A stretch of DNA of 64,000 nt from Balanoglossus misakiensis (taxonomy: Eukaryota > Animalia > Hemichordata). Below the pieces are notes generated by a model that had not been told where the DNA came from, made no database searches, and saw only the letters and a program-made list of their open reading frames with translations. Below, in pieces: positions 36,801 through 51,484 of the stretch; positions within the stretch are counted from its first letter, which is position 1, and every line of letters begins with the position of its first letter. The stretch lies in the NCBI GenBank assembly GCA_040954595.2, contig CM082583.2, forward strand, positions 4,827,374 to 4,891,373. Direction: 5' to 3'. The position numbers and the translations under genes are program-made.

Positions 36801-36911
36801 CAGTCTGCGATCATGGCCGATCTTGAAATGCGACGAAGCGAGGAAGTCATTGCCCGTCAGAGGCGCTGGGATCGGGTTGATGGCCGGCAAAGTGACCGTT
36901 TTTGTAGGCAT
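33851..36911 (-). CDS. TEX45: TEX45/SAXO5-like axonemal microtubule-stabilising protein, 6 coding exons, ~486 aa
   Basis: Exons 36911-36356, 36130-36024, 35732-35388, 35044-34849, 34289-34198, 34015-33851, in frame (1461 nt). N-terminal DFLASSHFKIGHD resembles the TEX45 start. About 10 repeats of S/TTxxxx[Y/F] (Mn-motif-like) alternate with S/T-x-hydrophobic-x-x-G-D. Confidence 0.8.
35070..35259. mobile_element. TTAA-flanked MITE (Kolobok-like), copy 2, in TEX45 intron 3
   Basis: Inverted homolog of 11875-12047; ends AGGTGACTGTGTACCT-TTAA. Confidence 0.7.
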
Positions 36912-37554
36912 TGTTGCTAGGGAGACGAGACTTGGTTATACCTACAGACAGAAAAGAAGATGACGTCAAGCATAATGTGATTGCTATCCCTAATATTTTT
37001 CCACATATTTTCTACTTCTAGGTCAGAAAAAAACAAGGCTATCTTATACTGCGTTAAATTTCCCTCGTTTGGATTTATGACCAAATTTAAGGGGTTCCGT
37101 GAATATTGGCCTTATTCATGGTCTGCATTGACAATCAATCAGTGAACTGAATATTATAGCTTTTACTCGAATACGTTCTGCTGTAAAAACGGCCTTAATC
37201 ATTTCCGACATATCTGCGCTGAGCAACTGAGTCGTCCGACCATGAAGTCACAGTAAAAGCTGCTAAAAAGCTGCTGAAAGGAACTAAATCTTCTATTGCT
37301 ATTTCGCCACAACATCGTGAGCACTACTGAACTCACCCTACAATAGATGCGCGAGCGAAACAGTATTCCTGCTAGGAAAACCCAATGCGCAAGTGCGCAA
37401 TATTGTCCTGGAAACGTCCGTGGGCTATTAATCATCGCATTTAATTCATTTATACGTTGCTGGTTGCTAACCAAAGTTTAATAACAACTCACCGCAAAAT
37501 TCATGTTCGCAGAAATACTCCAATGATTGAGAATAAATCTGTGAAAGCCGGTGG

Positions 37555-37561
37555 TTTTATA
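37555..37561 (-). promoter_or_regulatory. Candidate TATA box for TEX45, upstream of a short non-coding exon ending at 37493
   Basis: TATAAAA on the minus strand, then a G|GTGAGT donor at 37492 and a TCTGTAG acceptor at ~36942 just before the ATG. Confidence 0.4.
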
Positions 37562-38413
37562 GAGGCAAAGAACTAATTCAGACGGACACGTTTAGGATAT
37601 CCATAAAGCCCGTTCATTTTATCGAAGTCGCCCCGGAATTTAAATGGACTTAATGTTCAATACTTAACTAAACATGCAGGTATATTAAATCAAAGCAGTA
37701 ACTAGACAGTAAATGGCGTCTCGAGTGGGATTTGTTAATTTGTGGAGTCAGTCTAACGAATAAATCTTCTGCAGAAATGCCGGCTCGAGTTGGCCTCGGT
37801 TAATTTGGTGAAGTGGAGGGGGAGTTCAGAGGTCGGTCGACTCGGAGTTTGTATTTACTCCCCAAGGGCGTGGAGACATTTGTTAAATACTGCATTTTGT
37901 CGACACACCTGCTCTGATTTTTTTCCATAAATCTCTACGCTTAGGCTTGTGTTTTTCTTTAACCATGTTATTATGGGTCGAGTCCTTTCCTTGTGCGTGT
38001 ATGTGTGTACATTGTATATGGTGTGTGTGGGGGGGGGGGTGGGGTGGGTGTATGTGTGTGTGTTCAGCAGATCAGCATGTCCTCTATTCCGAGCTGTCTG
38101 TCTGTCTGTCTGTCTTTAGATCTAGTTCTGCTTCCTCGCCTATCACTACCTCTGTCTCACAGCCGGCCTTTTTGTCTGCACACCTTCTATCTCTTTCAGT
38201 GTCTGCCTGCCTGTTTATACGTCCATTTATCTGTCTGTCTGGTCTACAATGAATTACATTCGATCATTATTAAACACCAGCTCGACCAAAAGAAGACGGT
38301 TTCATTACACGAAACATAAAATTAAGTGTGCTGCGTGCGGTCCAGCCCACTCAGAGGTGTATAGAGTCCGTGCTTGGAGGCGAGGTGTCGTCTCCAACGT
38401 TTAGACCACGCTT

Positions 38414-38427
38414 GTTGCCAAGGTGAC
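38414..38427. promoter_or_regulatory. RFX X-box between TEX45 and alpha-tubulin
   Basis: Minus strand reads GTCACC-TT-GGCAAC, a full match to GTNRCC(N0-3)RGYAAC. Confidence 0.5.
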
Positions 38428-40730
38428 AGCACTCGTGGCCATAATCAACCAGCCCTAACGCTTTGTAATGGAAATAACGCGCGTGACCATTGTCGCGAAA
38501 TTCAACAGCAAAACCAAACTATTATCATGTGAAAGGATCCATTCGAGGTGTACCAAGGAATGGCAAATTTAAAACGTTGAAAAACAACTGAAGAAGGTAA
38601 AACTCATGTTGAATAGTCGACTGTAAAATCTCTTACTGTGTTAATATTTACAACATAGGGAAATCGATATTAATTTTGTTTGTTTTTTTCTCCCTTCGGT
38701 CGATGAAAGTCCCAAGCAGTCGTGAATCTAGTGAAGGCTACTAAAAGGAGTTGAAAGGTTTGCTTCGGAGCGTAGGGGACTAACAGGTGTTCTTTTCCGA
38801 ACAGGTGAAAATGAACAAAAAAGCAAGCCACTGACCTCTGCCCTGTGGCCGTGGAGGCAGGTCTCGACTCGTCAGCCAAATACAATTAATCGATAGAGAA
38901 ACATGTTTTAATGCACTTGCCGTCTTTTGTGAGGGGCTGTGTTGCCATAAATCAAGCCTTTAGTATGTTTTTACCCGAAAAAAGGCTGCGTGAATTTTCG
39001 TTTTATAACGGGGAAGTTAGAACGAGATCGACCCCCGTACCCCGTACACAGAAAAATTGTAAAGCCCAGCGTGCGTGCGTCCCGTTACACAGCGATCGTT
39101 TCTAAGGTTACCCCAAGCACGCTCGCGATTAGGTAACAAATTAACACAAGAAAAGACGGGCAGTAATAAAGAGTTAATGGCGCGACGATAAAAGAGGAAA
39201 TTGGTCGTCTATTTTGGCCTGTGGGACCACTGTGATTGTCGCCTAAATCCCGAGACTGTTTTATATATACCTTAGACACCGTTGACATATATAAGCAATG
39301 CCGGAATGTGGTCATATATCAGGGTGAACTAGACGCGTCCACTAACCACTGTCATAGGTGTAACTTAATTCGCTGTGTGTACGTGAGACAGAAAAATCGA
39401 TATTCGAGCAGACTGAATCTAAACTTTTGTGTGTCGCGGCCGGGTGGAACACGCACATCAAGATGGCGTACACACTCCACATCGTTTTACTGTGTAGACT
39501 TTGGTGTTGCCCCGCAAATAGGAAACTCAATCGTTTTTGCCAGCGCAGCCACACGACAAACATTGATTATGAACTATCGGCAAACACTGAGATCCTCAAT
39601 TAGGTCTTCACTGTATCCAAGTAGGAAGCACAAAGCTTTTGACAAACATTGCCGTGGATTAGCGAAATCATACAACAACCTGTGCCAACTTGGTACCGCA
39701 TTAATACTAGAATGTGAAGTTACAGTGACTGTTGAAAGTAAATTTGCAACGTAAAAGAAGATGATCGACTACAGAATACTGATTTTTCCAGAAAAACGGG
39801 ACTCTTAAAATGAGTGCGCAATGGTTATTTTATAATTTTATGCAAGTTGATTGCAAACATATGTTAATCATGAGCGACAAGTCAACGACAACGCTGTGTG
39901 TCCAGTAGTCTAAGTAGGGCACGTTTTTATGTCAAGCGTCCAGCTAAAAACTTATAAAACAGCAATTTTCTGAAGAAATTATGACGTTTTCATTTCTATG
40001 TATCGGTGATTATATTCCGCTTGTTCCATAGTTCGAATAGTCGTCCAAAATAGACCAATGTCAAAGAACGATGCACTGTTTCGCTTAACGTTGTAGAGTG
40101 ATCAGTTTAGAATAAAACAGACTTCAAATTAATTTTACTATTTGATGTTCTGATGGGACGTTTATTTAGAAGGCAGGCTGTCTCACTCACCTTAATCGAG
40201 ATTCAAACTTGTCATTTGTTCCATGAACGTTCCCTGTTTGTTCCCGGGCTACCGCACCCGATGATGGTGTTCGCTGGTTACTTTTATTTACAATACCTGC
40301 GCGCACTGCCTTCCTGTCGAGCCGGCGCGTCGCCTGGGAAACCAGCGTTCTATCGGAAGAGGGCGCTGCGTCCAGGAAGCACCTGTAGTGACGGCCAATT
40401 GTTTTGGTTTTCCGCTCAGAGAGAAAGCTCTGGCATCTATGACGAGTTCGCGAACTGAGTGGTTGTGAACAATTCCATAAATGCACAAGAGTGTAAATCG
40501 GTTTAGCATTAACAAAGGCACGGTACAGACCAGCAACGAAATAAACACAGACAATCTGCAGAGACAGAAGAAAGGCGAGCGCGGAGTGAGAATTTCCGAA
40601 CACACCATCCACACACATCATGCAAATGTTTGTGCAAGCACCTTCATCACCAATAAGAGATGTTCACAGTATGGTCCCTTATACCATAAATTTGCAATTA
40701 AAATTAAATTTTCAATTAAAGTGCTACAAC

Positions 40731-41008
40731 TTAACGGGGCTTATATATAGGGTCACCAATGCAAATTTTTACCATGGAAAATTGATATATACACATGTAT
40801 ATCCAATCACAGATTTTCAGTGGGTGGCACACGCGAAAAAAAACGTCCGTCACCATACTCCCCTTTGACCATACTAGTATATAGACATATCTAAGTTAGA
40901 GGGAACCGTATACCTTTAACCCTTCCACCCCCATCCCCGCTATATAGAGGTCCAACCTTGCCATAGAAAACAATGGGTTTAGACTGAACCATGGTGGTGA
41001 AAAGGGTT
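40731..41008. mobile_element. Two abutting TTAA MITEs (Kolobok-like ~40731-40919, piggyBac-like 40916-41008) sharing one TTAA
   Basis: Junction TATACCT-TTAA-CCCTTCC; each half is homologous to copies elsewhere in the window. Confidence 0.65.
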
Positions 41009-41778
41009 GTAACTCCAACAAACGCTCATATCTCAGCAGGGTTTCATGAGTGATGCAAATTTAATAAGCGTCACGAGTCATGGTGATCAGGGGTAGAAAC
41101 TTCATGAACCAATACATACACCGGCTTTACGTGGAAACAATCGATTCAGAGAACAATGTGCAGCGCGACTGGGTATACATAGCCAGCGCCCAGCGTGCGA
41201 AATGACTTTTCTTTTAAAGAAGTACCAATTGGATAAAACATTAGAACATGTGTTTTATACCATGCGCTCTCACGATTAATTTACAGCTATCCTTTGCGTT
41301 CCAGAATGTATAAAGAGCCGTGAACTTCGATTGATTGGTCAACCGGTGACATGGTATATTGGTTTCTAACTTTGTTCAAGACAAGAGGAAGAAAATCGAA
41401 CTTTCTTTTGTTGTTTGAAACAACATTGTCTCGGTATAAGAATCAACGTCTATGACCAAGATGCATTATTGCGCAAGAAAACGGAAAAAATAATACCATT
41501 TCATCATTGTGTCGTCTTAGCCCTACATGTTAGTTTTAAAGCAACTTGACCAATTAAAAGCGAGTGTTCAATTCTGTCTTGGAAAACTTTATTTAAGGTC
41601 GGGTCTACTTCCTCTCGCGCGAACTGAGACGCTCACACCCAGATTTCAAAGTGATTTGCCCCATACGACGATTGACTTTTCATCTTTGGGTACGGTAAAA
41701 CAGTTTGGATATTGTTGATGAAGAAGAATAAAAAAATCGCCGCTGTTTGTTTCCGTTTCCGTGAAAGTGTACAATACT

Positions 41779-41920
41779 CCAATACTAATTTAGTTCAGGT
41801 GTTTTAATTCCAATGATCCATAATTTGACAGTAATCTTCGAAAGTTATCTTCCCAATAGTTCCCCGGCCAATAATGGTACAGTCCGTTTCTACGGTGATC
41901 CTTTCTCCGGGTTTATATAA
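41779..41920 (+). promoter_or_regulatory. Alpha-tubulin core promoter: clustered CCAAT boxes and TATA box
   Basis: CCAAT at 41779, 41810, 41853 and 41868; TATATAA at 41914-41920, ~135 nt upstream of the ATG. Confidence 0.7.
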
Positions 41921-42054
41921 GGAGGAGCTCAGTACCCAGATTTATACTCTGCGTTCTCACGTTCGACTCATCGCTGTCTCTGAGTGAGGCTAACGCCAAG
42001 ACACACGAATTTATCCACAAGACTGCATTGAAAATCCGCTGAAATCAACCGAAA

Positions 42055-43965
<1,911 letters not shown>

Positions 43966-44233
43966 AACTGAAAACAAATCCACGGCCCTCGCCGCTGTTA
44001 AATAAAGAAAATACCTTGCAAACCACGAACGATCTGTTCAGATTTTGCCTGACATAATTGTAAATATAAAGAGTAATATTTTATGCTTTAAATCAATCGG
44101 CAATTTAAGTTTAAAAGATACATTTCGTGAATAATTGGCATTTCTGTAAAATAAATCGATTCAAAATTAAACTGAATGTTTGTTTCTACCCATTCTGAGG
44201 TCCATGTCCAGTGCGACAGTAGATGTGTGTGTT

Positions 44234-44267
<34 letters not shown>

Positions 44268-44920
44268 GGTGTCGCTATCAATATAGTATAATACACGCAC
44301 ACATACATACGCGATACAAAAATTCCTTTCTGTCACCGATACACTATATATTTTAAAAACCAATACCACAAAAGACGTGAAAATCATATGTGGTTATAAA
44401 GACACAGAAACACCAGAACATTGGGAAAGCATGGACCCATACTATCATACTATAGCTAACAAAAATAAAACTGAAAGATGTTTCCTGTGACTGCAGGTTT
44501 ACTGCAGAATCACTTTGTGTGGACAGCTAGCTATATTGTATTTGTATGAACAAGGTATTCGAACTACATTATCTCTGCAATCTAAGCGATGACGAAACTG
44601 GAGACAGGTTGCATGCTCCCCGCAAAGTTCAGACTTTGGAAAATGTACTACTAAAACAAAAGACATAGAAAATATATGTACTAGAGGGCGCTATCCACAC
44701 ACCTAAAGTGAAAATTGCATCAGAAATTGTATCATGTCACGAATTCGGGCTGTGAAGGACCTTGTAGGCTCATTTGCTCAGAGTTCTTCCTATTTCGTGT
44801 ATTTACTCGACGCTTTTGGGGCTTTTTATATCAGATTCTGTAGTGTAGCATGTATGTATGATTTCATAACATGCGCACACAAACTGCGCACGAGCAATGA
44901 TCAGCTGGCTGAGTGACAAC

Positions 44921-47900
44921 ATGGCGTCCAGACTGGAAACGAACTTGCAGCGGCTGTTAGCCCGTTGTGAAGCGATGGCAGCCGAAGGACGACATTCCGA
45001 TTGGCGGCTTGAAAAGGTAAGCGTTGAAGTTCAGTTAGGACTATGGGGCTTGGCTTAGACGTGACGGTACATACAGTGATGATACTCGATAGCCGGGTGT
45101 TCAGATCCCATATACATGTACATGTACAGCTGTGCAGATACAGGTCTGTGTGTTCGCGGCTTTACACGGCCTCCACGTGTATCGCCGCGAACACACAGAC
45201 CTGGACACAGGGCTAAATAGTAGCTCGCCGTAACAACACAGCCCTGCCACGCAGAGCTAGGCTAATAGCTATTCAGTTACAGTCGTAGCCATGGGATGGA
45301 CTGTTTTACCAGTGAAGTTATGCTTATCAATATGCTGGTCCTGCAATAACACTGGCAGTGTCTGTAAACTATATCGATCCTCAGAGACAGTCCTACCCCA
45401 TGGTCCTACCCCAGGGGTTCAACCACCCTGGTTAGCAATGTGGGACACCTAGGACACTTCTCAGTGAGTGGTTAGTCTCACAAAGATTAATTTTCATGTC
45501 TTATAGTATATTGGAGCTCTTCAAGATAAGTTAAGAGAATTGAAGAAAATAGCAAGGTAAGTCTCTGGGTGACATTGATATTGTGAATTAAGAAAATTTA
45601 ATTGTTAGAATTTTTGTATTTATTTTGTATGTCATATTTTTCATCTCAAAAACTGCACTCTCTACTGGCTTAATTTGTTTTTGATTTTTTTTTGCTTGAA
45701 GTTGACTTTTTAGTTATAGTATTTACTATTAAGAATCCTACAGTTCCCACACAAATCTGAACTCAAATTTTTCAACAATAATATTGGAAATTCAAGATGG
45801 CTCTCAGATTCTGTGCTGATCAGTTTGAATTAAAACTAAAGGGAAAAGGAAATGTTTTTGGAAAAGACTGAGTTCGCTTGTCTGCTTCTTTGCCTCCTAG
45901 CAAACCAAGTCCAGAGGTCATTCAAGAATATGCCAAGAAAATTGAATTCCTTCATGGGCTTATAGAGACAGAGAAGTTGGTAAGTGTAATCATTTGATGA
46001 CTCTCAGCAATCAGAGGTGTTTTGACGAATTTCTCATTTGATGTCAATGTCTTGTAATTGTTCACTGAATTCATGAAGAGCTAAAACTTATTTAACTCTC
46101 TCGCTGTCCTTTCTCATTAATTATGTTTGATACAAGACACCGTTTATGTTATTCTACATGTGGATATGTAGTGAATCAACGTTTGACCACACACAATTTC
46201 TATACCACTTAGAGACACTAGAGTGAAAAAAACTTGCCAAAATGAATAATCGGTCTCTACCAATTATTCTTTTTGGCGAGATTTTTACTCTCATATCCTA
46301 CAAACAGGATGGAAGTTGTGTGTGGTTGAACGTTCATTCAGTATATATCCACATGTACAATAACATAAACAGTACCTTGTATCAAACATAATAAATGGAA
46401 ATTTGTCAGCTAAAGAGAGACTTTGTCCCTTTAAAAGACTGATGAAAAAGCAACTCTATATTACAAAGTAGAAAATAAAAACATCTGGTGTACATAACTT
46501 CCGCATTTATACATGTATATGTGAATAAAAACACCACTTGTCTGTTTCTCTCCAGACTTCAGCTAGTGACAAAGCAATGGCCAGTCAGCTTCTTGCTCCC
46601 GGCAAGACCATCACACTACCGGACACCAAGGCGTCGTCCACGGTAACCACCAAAGAACTGCATTTACAGGCCACGTCAAGATACACCAATGAGATGAGAG
46701 AGGAGCTGCTTGGGGAGGTAAAGAGTAGAGGGTGAATCTGTCACCTCTCAGTGAAATGTTTGTGTGTGTGTGTGTGACAAGGGTTCGCTGTTGGACAGAC
46801 AGTCGACGAGAAGTCGTCACCTGTGGAAACATCACAGTATCCACACAGATCCTGTGGTGCCTCTCCCAGATGATCTTGGTTGTTTGTGTAATAGAGAAAG
46901 AAAGAATTTTAGTCTGATTTCAGTTTCCCCGAGAACAAGACAAGGAATATGCACATGATTGTGTGACGTATGTAAAAAATCTAGTGAGAGTATTACACAT
47001 TTGTCACTGTCTTGGTTTTGGGAACACTGAAGGTCACCGTGGTGGAAGTATAACTGTGTCATACACATTTTAATGCACTAGGGGATAATGTGATAATTTT
47101 TACGCTGCAAGATAGTTTGACCAGAATTGGTTGGAAGAAAATAGTGCTGATGTTAAATGATTATAACCTGTTCATTTCTCATTAGGATGATTCACTAGAG
47201 AATGGTGTACGGCACAGAAGGTATGTGCAGGGGAGGAGACAAAAATATATCTTGTTACATTTCATCATCTTTCACTACAATTAACAAATATAGTTTGCAA
47301 TTTGATTACAACTGAGGCATTATCAATGGCATCATGCTCTTTTAGTGAATGTTACTTATGCACTAAATATTTTAAATTCAGTGAAAGTTTCTTTTCATCG
47401 TCAGGAAAACAGAAGAGTCACATGAAGACCTTGACACCGTCTTACAACATCACCAAGACATGCAAGAAAAATTAGCTGAAGATATGATCAAATTAGCGCA
47501 GAGTTTGAAACACAACTCCATTGTTGCTAGTAACATCATAAAAGAGGACAACAAGGTATTTTCTTCTGAAATCGTTATTACTTTATTTCATAGTTCATTG
47601 GATAATATTATATCGTTGGCACACACAGGATGTTTGTTTTCTGGATGATGTTTTTCTGGTGTGTTTTCTTGTGAAATGTAAATAAGCCATATAACTCAAC
47701 TGTGACACTTCCATACTTCTAGAAGTATACAAACCTGAAATTCTGGTTGACTACATGACACTACTGTCACACACATACCTGTAGGTGGTATCACAAAAAT
47801 ATCTGTGACAGCAAGACTTTCTACTGCATAAATGAGCGCTTATGTCCTCATGATTGTTGCTTGTCTGCAGAGATTAGAAGATTCAACCCGAATGGCCGAC

Positions 47901-48053
47901 GTCAACTACGACCGACTGAAAGTGGAAAGCGATCGGCTGGAGTCGCACACCAAAAAATCCTGCAGTTGGTGGGTGTGGATTCTGTTGCTGGTCGTGTGTA
48001 TAACATTCATCTGGATGATCCTTTTCATTCGAATGTTTCCGAAAAAGTCCTAG
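44921..48053 (+). CDS. USE1: Vesicle transport protein USE1 (ER Qc-SNARE), 7 coding exons, 251 aa
   Basis: Exons 44921-45016, 45507-45556, 45901-45979, 46556-46717, 47186-47220, 47405-47555, 47871-48053 (756 nt). [20 protein letters not shown]...[32 protein letters not shown]-terminal [28 protein letters not shown]. Confidence 0.95.
45141..45203. repeat. Perfect 20-bp inverted repeat (MITE-like) in USE1 intron 1
   Basis: CAGGTCTGTGTGTTCGCGGC / GCCGCGAACACACAGACCTG, with further TACACG/CGTGTA pairing in the loop. Confidence 0.75.
46092..46420. mobile_element. ~330 bp MITE with long imperfect inverted repeats in USE1 intron 3
   Basis: TTATGTTTGATACAAG...ACATGTGGATAT...ACCACACACAA is mirrored by TTGTGTGTGGT...ATATCCACATGT...CTTGTATCAAACATAA; left end TTAACTCTCT. 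Confidence 0.7.
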
Positions 48054-49173
48054 CGGGGGGTTCATCGGGGCCAAGTGCCAGGGACTGTGGGTGGATGAGT
48101 TTGTGTTCGCTGAATGCATACACTGGAGGGTGTACCATCTGTGTGCCTGCATGCATGCAGTGCCTCGATACAGAACTTCACAGCACACCTTGCGTTTTTT
48201 TGCCGTCATCAGATGGCTAGTGTTGGTTGAAGAGACAAGTCTGCAGAAAAGCAATCGACATTGCACAGCGCTGAATTTCATCGGAACCTCCCACCGCGGG
48301 ATCGCATATGAATCTTTGCAGAATTTTATCAACAAGTGCGTTGGCGCTGTGTATGTGCAAAGAATGCTCCGCCTTCAGAGTACAATGCAAAATGAATTTT
48401 ACACATTAACAGTGGGCATATGAAAGATACAGGAGTTCTCTGACTCGCAACCCTAGATAGCCAGCCACCTAACGCATACAACCATTGAAGACAGAAAGGT
48501 GTGACCACAGACACACACGCTTTGCAGCTGCAGCACTATGGCTGGGCGTGTGTAACCCAAAAATTGATTGATGGTGATACAAGAACCAAACAAGGTTTTT
48601 AGCTCCCATTTGGTATATGTATGTATACCGGTACATACCATTGGGACCTTATGGGATCAGCGGCATCTGTATGTCTCTGTTTTTGTCTGTACTGACCTCC
48701 CATGTGACCTTTTCTGCAACTTGCAGTGGCAAATATCATTTCATTCTCCAGTGAAGATTTAGCCAAAAATCTGAAGACTATTTATTAAGAATTTTAAAAT
48801 AATTTATGTGATAATGGTAACTTTTTATTTTAATGAACAATTTTATTTCTTTTTGTGAAATTTAAGTTTAGAATACAAATCTGTGTTGATTTTCAGCGCT
48901 ATAAGAACGGATCTTGTTAAACAAGTCATTTTGAACTTCCCAATGCTAGACTCTTTCACAGCTGTACACCGAGGTTCATGAGGGGAGGCCAGAGCTAGCG
49001 TTGCATGGTGTAGCAAAATAGGGATTGGTTTAGCTGAGCTTGGCCAGGCATCTGAGTAGCCAAGGAAATGCCTCCTACAGATTCTATCTCAGTGCATCAT
49101 GTTTGGTTAATACATCCACACAGTTTACAGAGACAGCCAGCTGGGCGTTGGAAAACACAAGAACATACACCCA

Positions 49174-49309
49174 TCTACCGCCCTCACACAGCCATCATGA
49201 ATTTGAACTCAAAGCAATGCCGGTGGGGAACCTTGATGTGATTGGTCAACTTTTCCCCATTGCCTGCACTTTGAGTTCAAATTCATGATGGCTGTGTGAG
49301 GGCGCTAGA
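49174..49309. mobile_element. Palindromic MITE-like element with perfect 36-bp inverted repeats
   Basis: 49179-49214 is the exact reverse complement of 49269-49304; extends to TCTA..TAGA with one mismatch. Confidence 0.7.
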
Positions 49310-50256
49310 CTTTATGAAAAGGGTGTCTTCAGGATCGACACGTATCAGATTTAACATTTGAAAACAAACCATTCTTTGATATATTATCTGCCACTGGATC
49401 ATACTGATTACATTTTTATTGTGTAACTACAATTTAACAAGTGCTACTAATAAAATGAAGTCGTACCGAGTATCACATCCAAAAATTACCAATTGACATT
49501 GCTTTAACTTTCATTTTGGTGAGGGTGGGGAACAGGGAAATACTAAATGAAGGAATTCTTTTTTTAACTGATTTGAAAACCTGTTCCTTGCATCCCAATA
49601 CACAACAGAAGACAGAAGAAAACCAACATCGATTTGAAATTAGTTTATTTTGTTTAATAAATCTGTACAATCCTGTATTTACATCATATAATACAGAAAA
49701 ACAAGGTTTTAGTACAATTTGTACACAAAACATGAACTGTAAGTTCAAAGGTCAAAATGTTAAAGCTTCTTTACAAATGTACAGAAAAAATGTACAGTTC
49801 CTGAATGTTAACTGTTAAATTGAAAATTATTAATTCAGTGTATAAATCTGTCTGCAAAATACATACAATGATTGAGAAAAAATAGTTTAACAATTCTGAT
49901 TTAAAAATATAAGATACAGGCCACGGTAAACGGTGTTTTCAGTTCTGGGTATATGTCATTACTAACTAATTGAAATTTCTAGAGTCCGACATATCGCATA
50001 GACAGACAGAGGATGGTTTAGGTCAGTTAGTGAAATCGGGATCGGCTTAGTTGTAAATCATTTCAAAATGTTTGGAATGTTAATTCTGTCTTCATTAGTA
50101 CTGACTTGGCACAGACCGGCTGTACCGATTCAATTTGTGAAAACAACAATTTGAATCACCTTTTCATAAAAAAAATAGCCCTTCAGGTACACTGTGGCAT
50201 TAAAACAAATGAGTTGTTAATCTTTAATTTACAGTTCAATCATAAAGACCAGAAGA

Positions 50257-50318
50257 AAATGTGTCTGGTCCAACATGTCAGACCCAGTCATGTCTGACAT
50301 GTTGGACCAGACACATTT
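50257..50318. repeat. Perfect 27-bp hairpin with 8-nt loop
   Basis: AAATGTGTCTGGTCCAACATGTCAGAC-ccagtcat-GTCTGACATGTTGGACCAGACACATTT. Confidence 0.85.
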
Positions 50319-51484
50319 CCAGATGCCAATAACAAACTCTTTTCCATATAAAAACACCAAACATTCTTCTACATGCACAGATTTGGTCAAAATGAATCAA
50401 AACATAGTCGCAATCAAAATGATGCATAATTAACATAATGTAACATATCTACATTACTTTTCTTGTATTTTCAAATTACACCATATTCTCATCTGGTTAT
50501 TACAAATTTCAAATAAGTAAGAACATACATTTTTTTTAACTTACTGGTAGATCTTTTAAGGAGTAAATGACGTGTTGGCAATATGTCCCCAAGGAAAGCC
50601 TTTTCTGCTTTTGAAGTAGTTGTCGTCACATGACAAGATACAAATATTTGCATAATACTTATGAATAAAACTGTAATGCTAAAAGAATGAAATTTGATAC
50701 AAAATGCCAGACAGCGCAAGGAATCTCTGTGGTCAAAATACAGAGGGGGAAATTACAGTATGCGATAATGCACTGGTCGCACACTTGGAGGTTGTAAAAT
50801 AATTAACCAAAAAATTAGTGTGACCGAACTAATGGAGCAGTCAAATTACTGGAGTGATTACAGTAATAGGTGTTGTATTAGGGATGCCCTATGAAGTTAA
50901 CATACTTTGGAAGTTTCTCTCTAGTGCCATGTTATGGTTACAGGTGTTGGTGAACACTGAAAATCTGGAGTGACCCCATTTAGTTCAACACAATCTGTCT
51001 GTGGGAATATGTTACTGGCAAGATAATACAAATTGCCATGATGACAATGCTTGTGTGACAAGATGTTTTGCAGTGCTGGTGATATGTGCGTGACAGGGAA
51101 ATGATAATTGTGCTTTTTTTTAAATGCTGCATTTTTGCTAGGTAAGATATATGGAACCACGTGGGCTGTGTAAGGAAATGCACCTTGCAAAGAATGGCTT
51201 CATGCTGCACTGCTGACAGTATAAAGTTATAGCGATTGTAAGTTTTCACTCTGATATGCGTACATTTTTACAACGTTAATGCATTTCAGACAGGGTTAGT
51301 CAACTTGCCAGAAATCAGGCTAATTTATGCAATATGCATAAATTAGAGAAACAGCAGCCATTGCAGAAAAGCGGTATAAGAGTCCCATTCTCCGAGTCCG
51401 ACCATTTCTCTTGTTTTTTTTTCCACGCGCGGAAAAAGAACTGGCCAGTTAGATTAGAAGTTCTGCTGAACTAAAGGGGCTACT

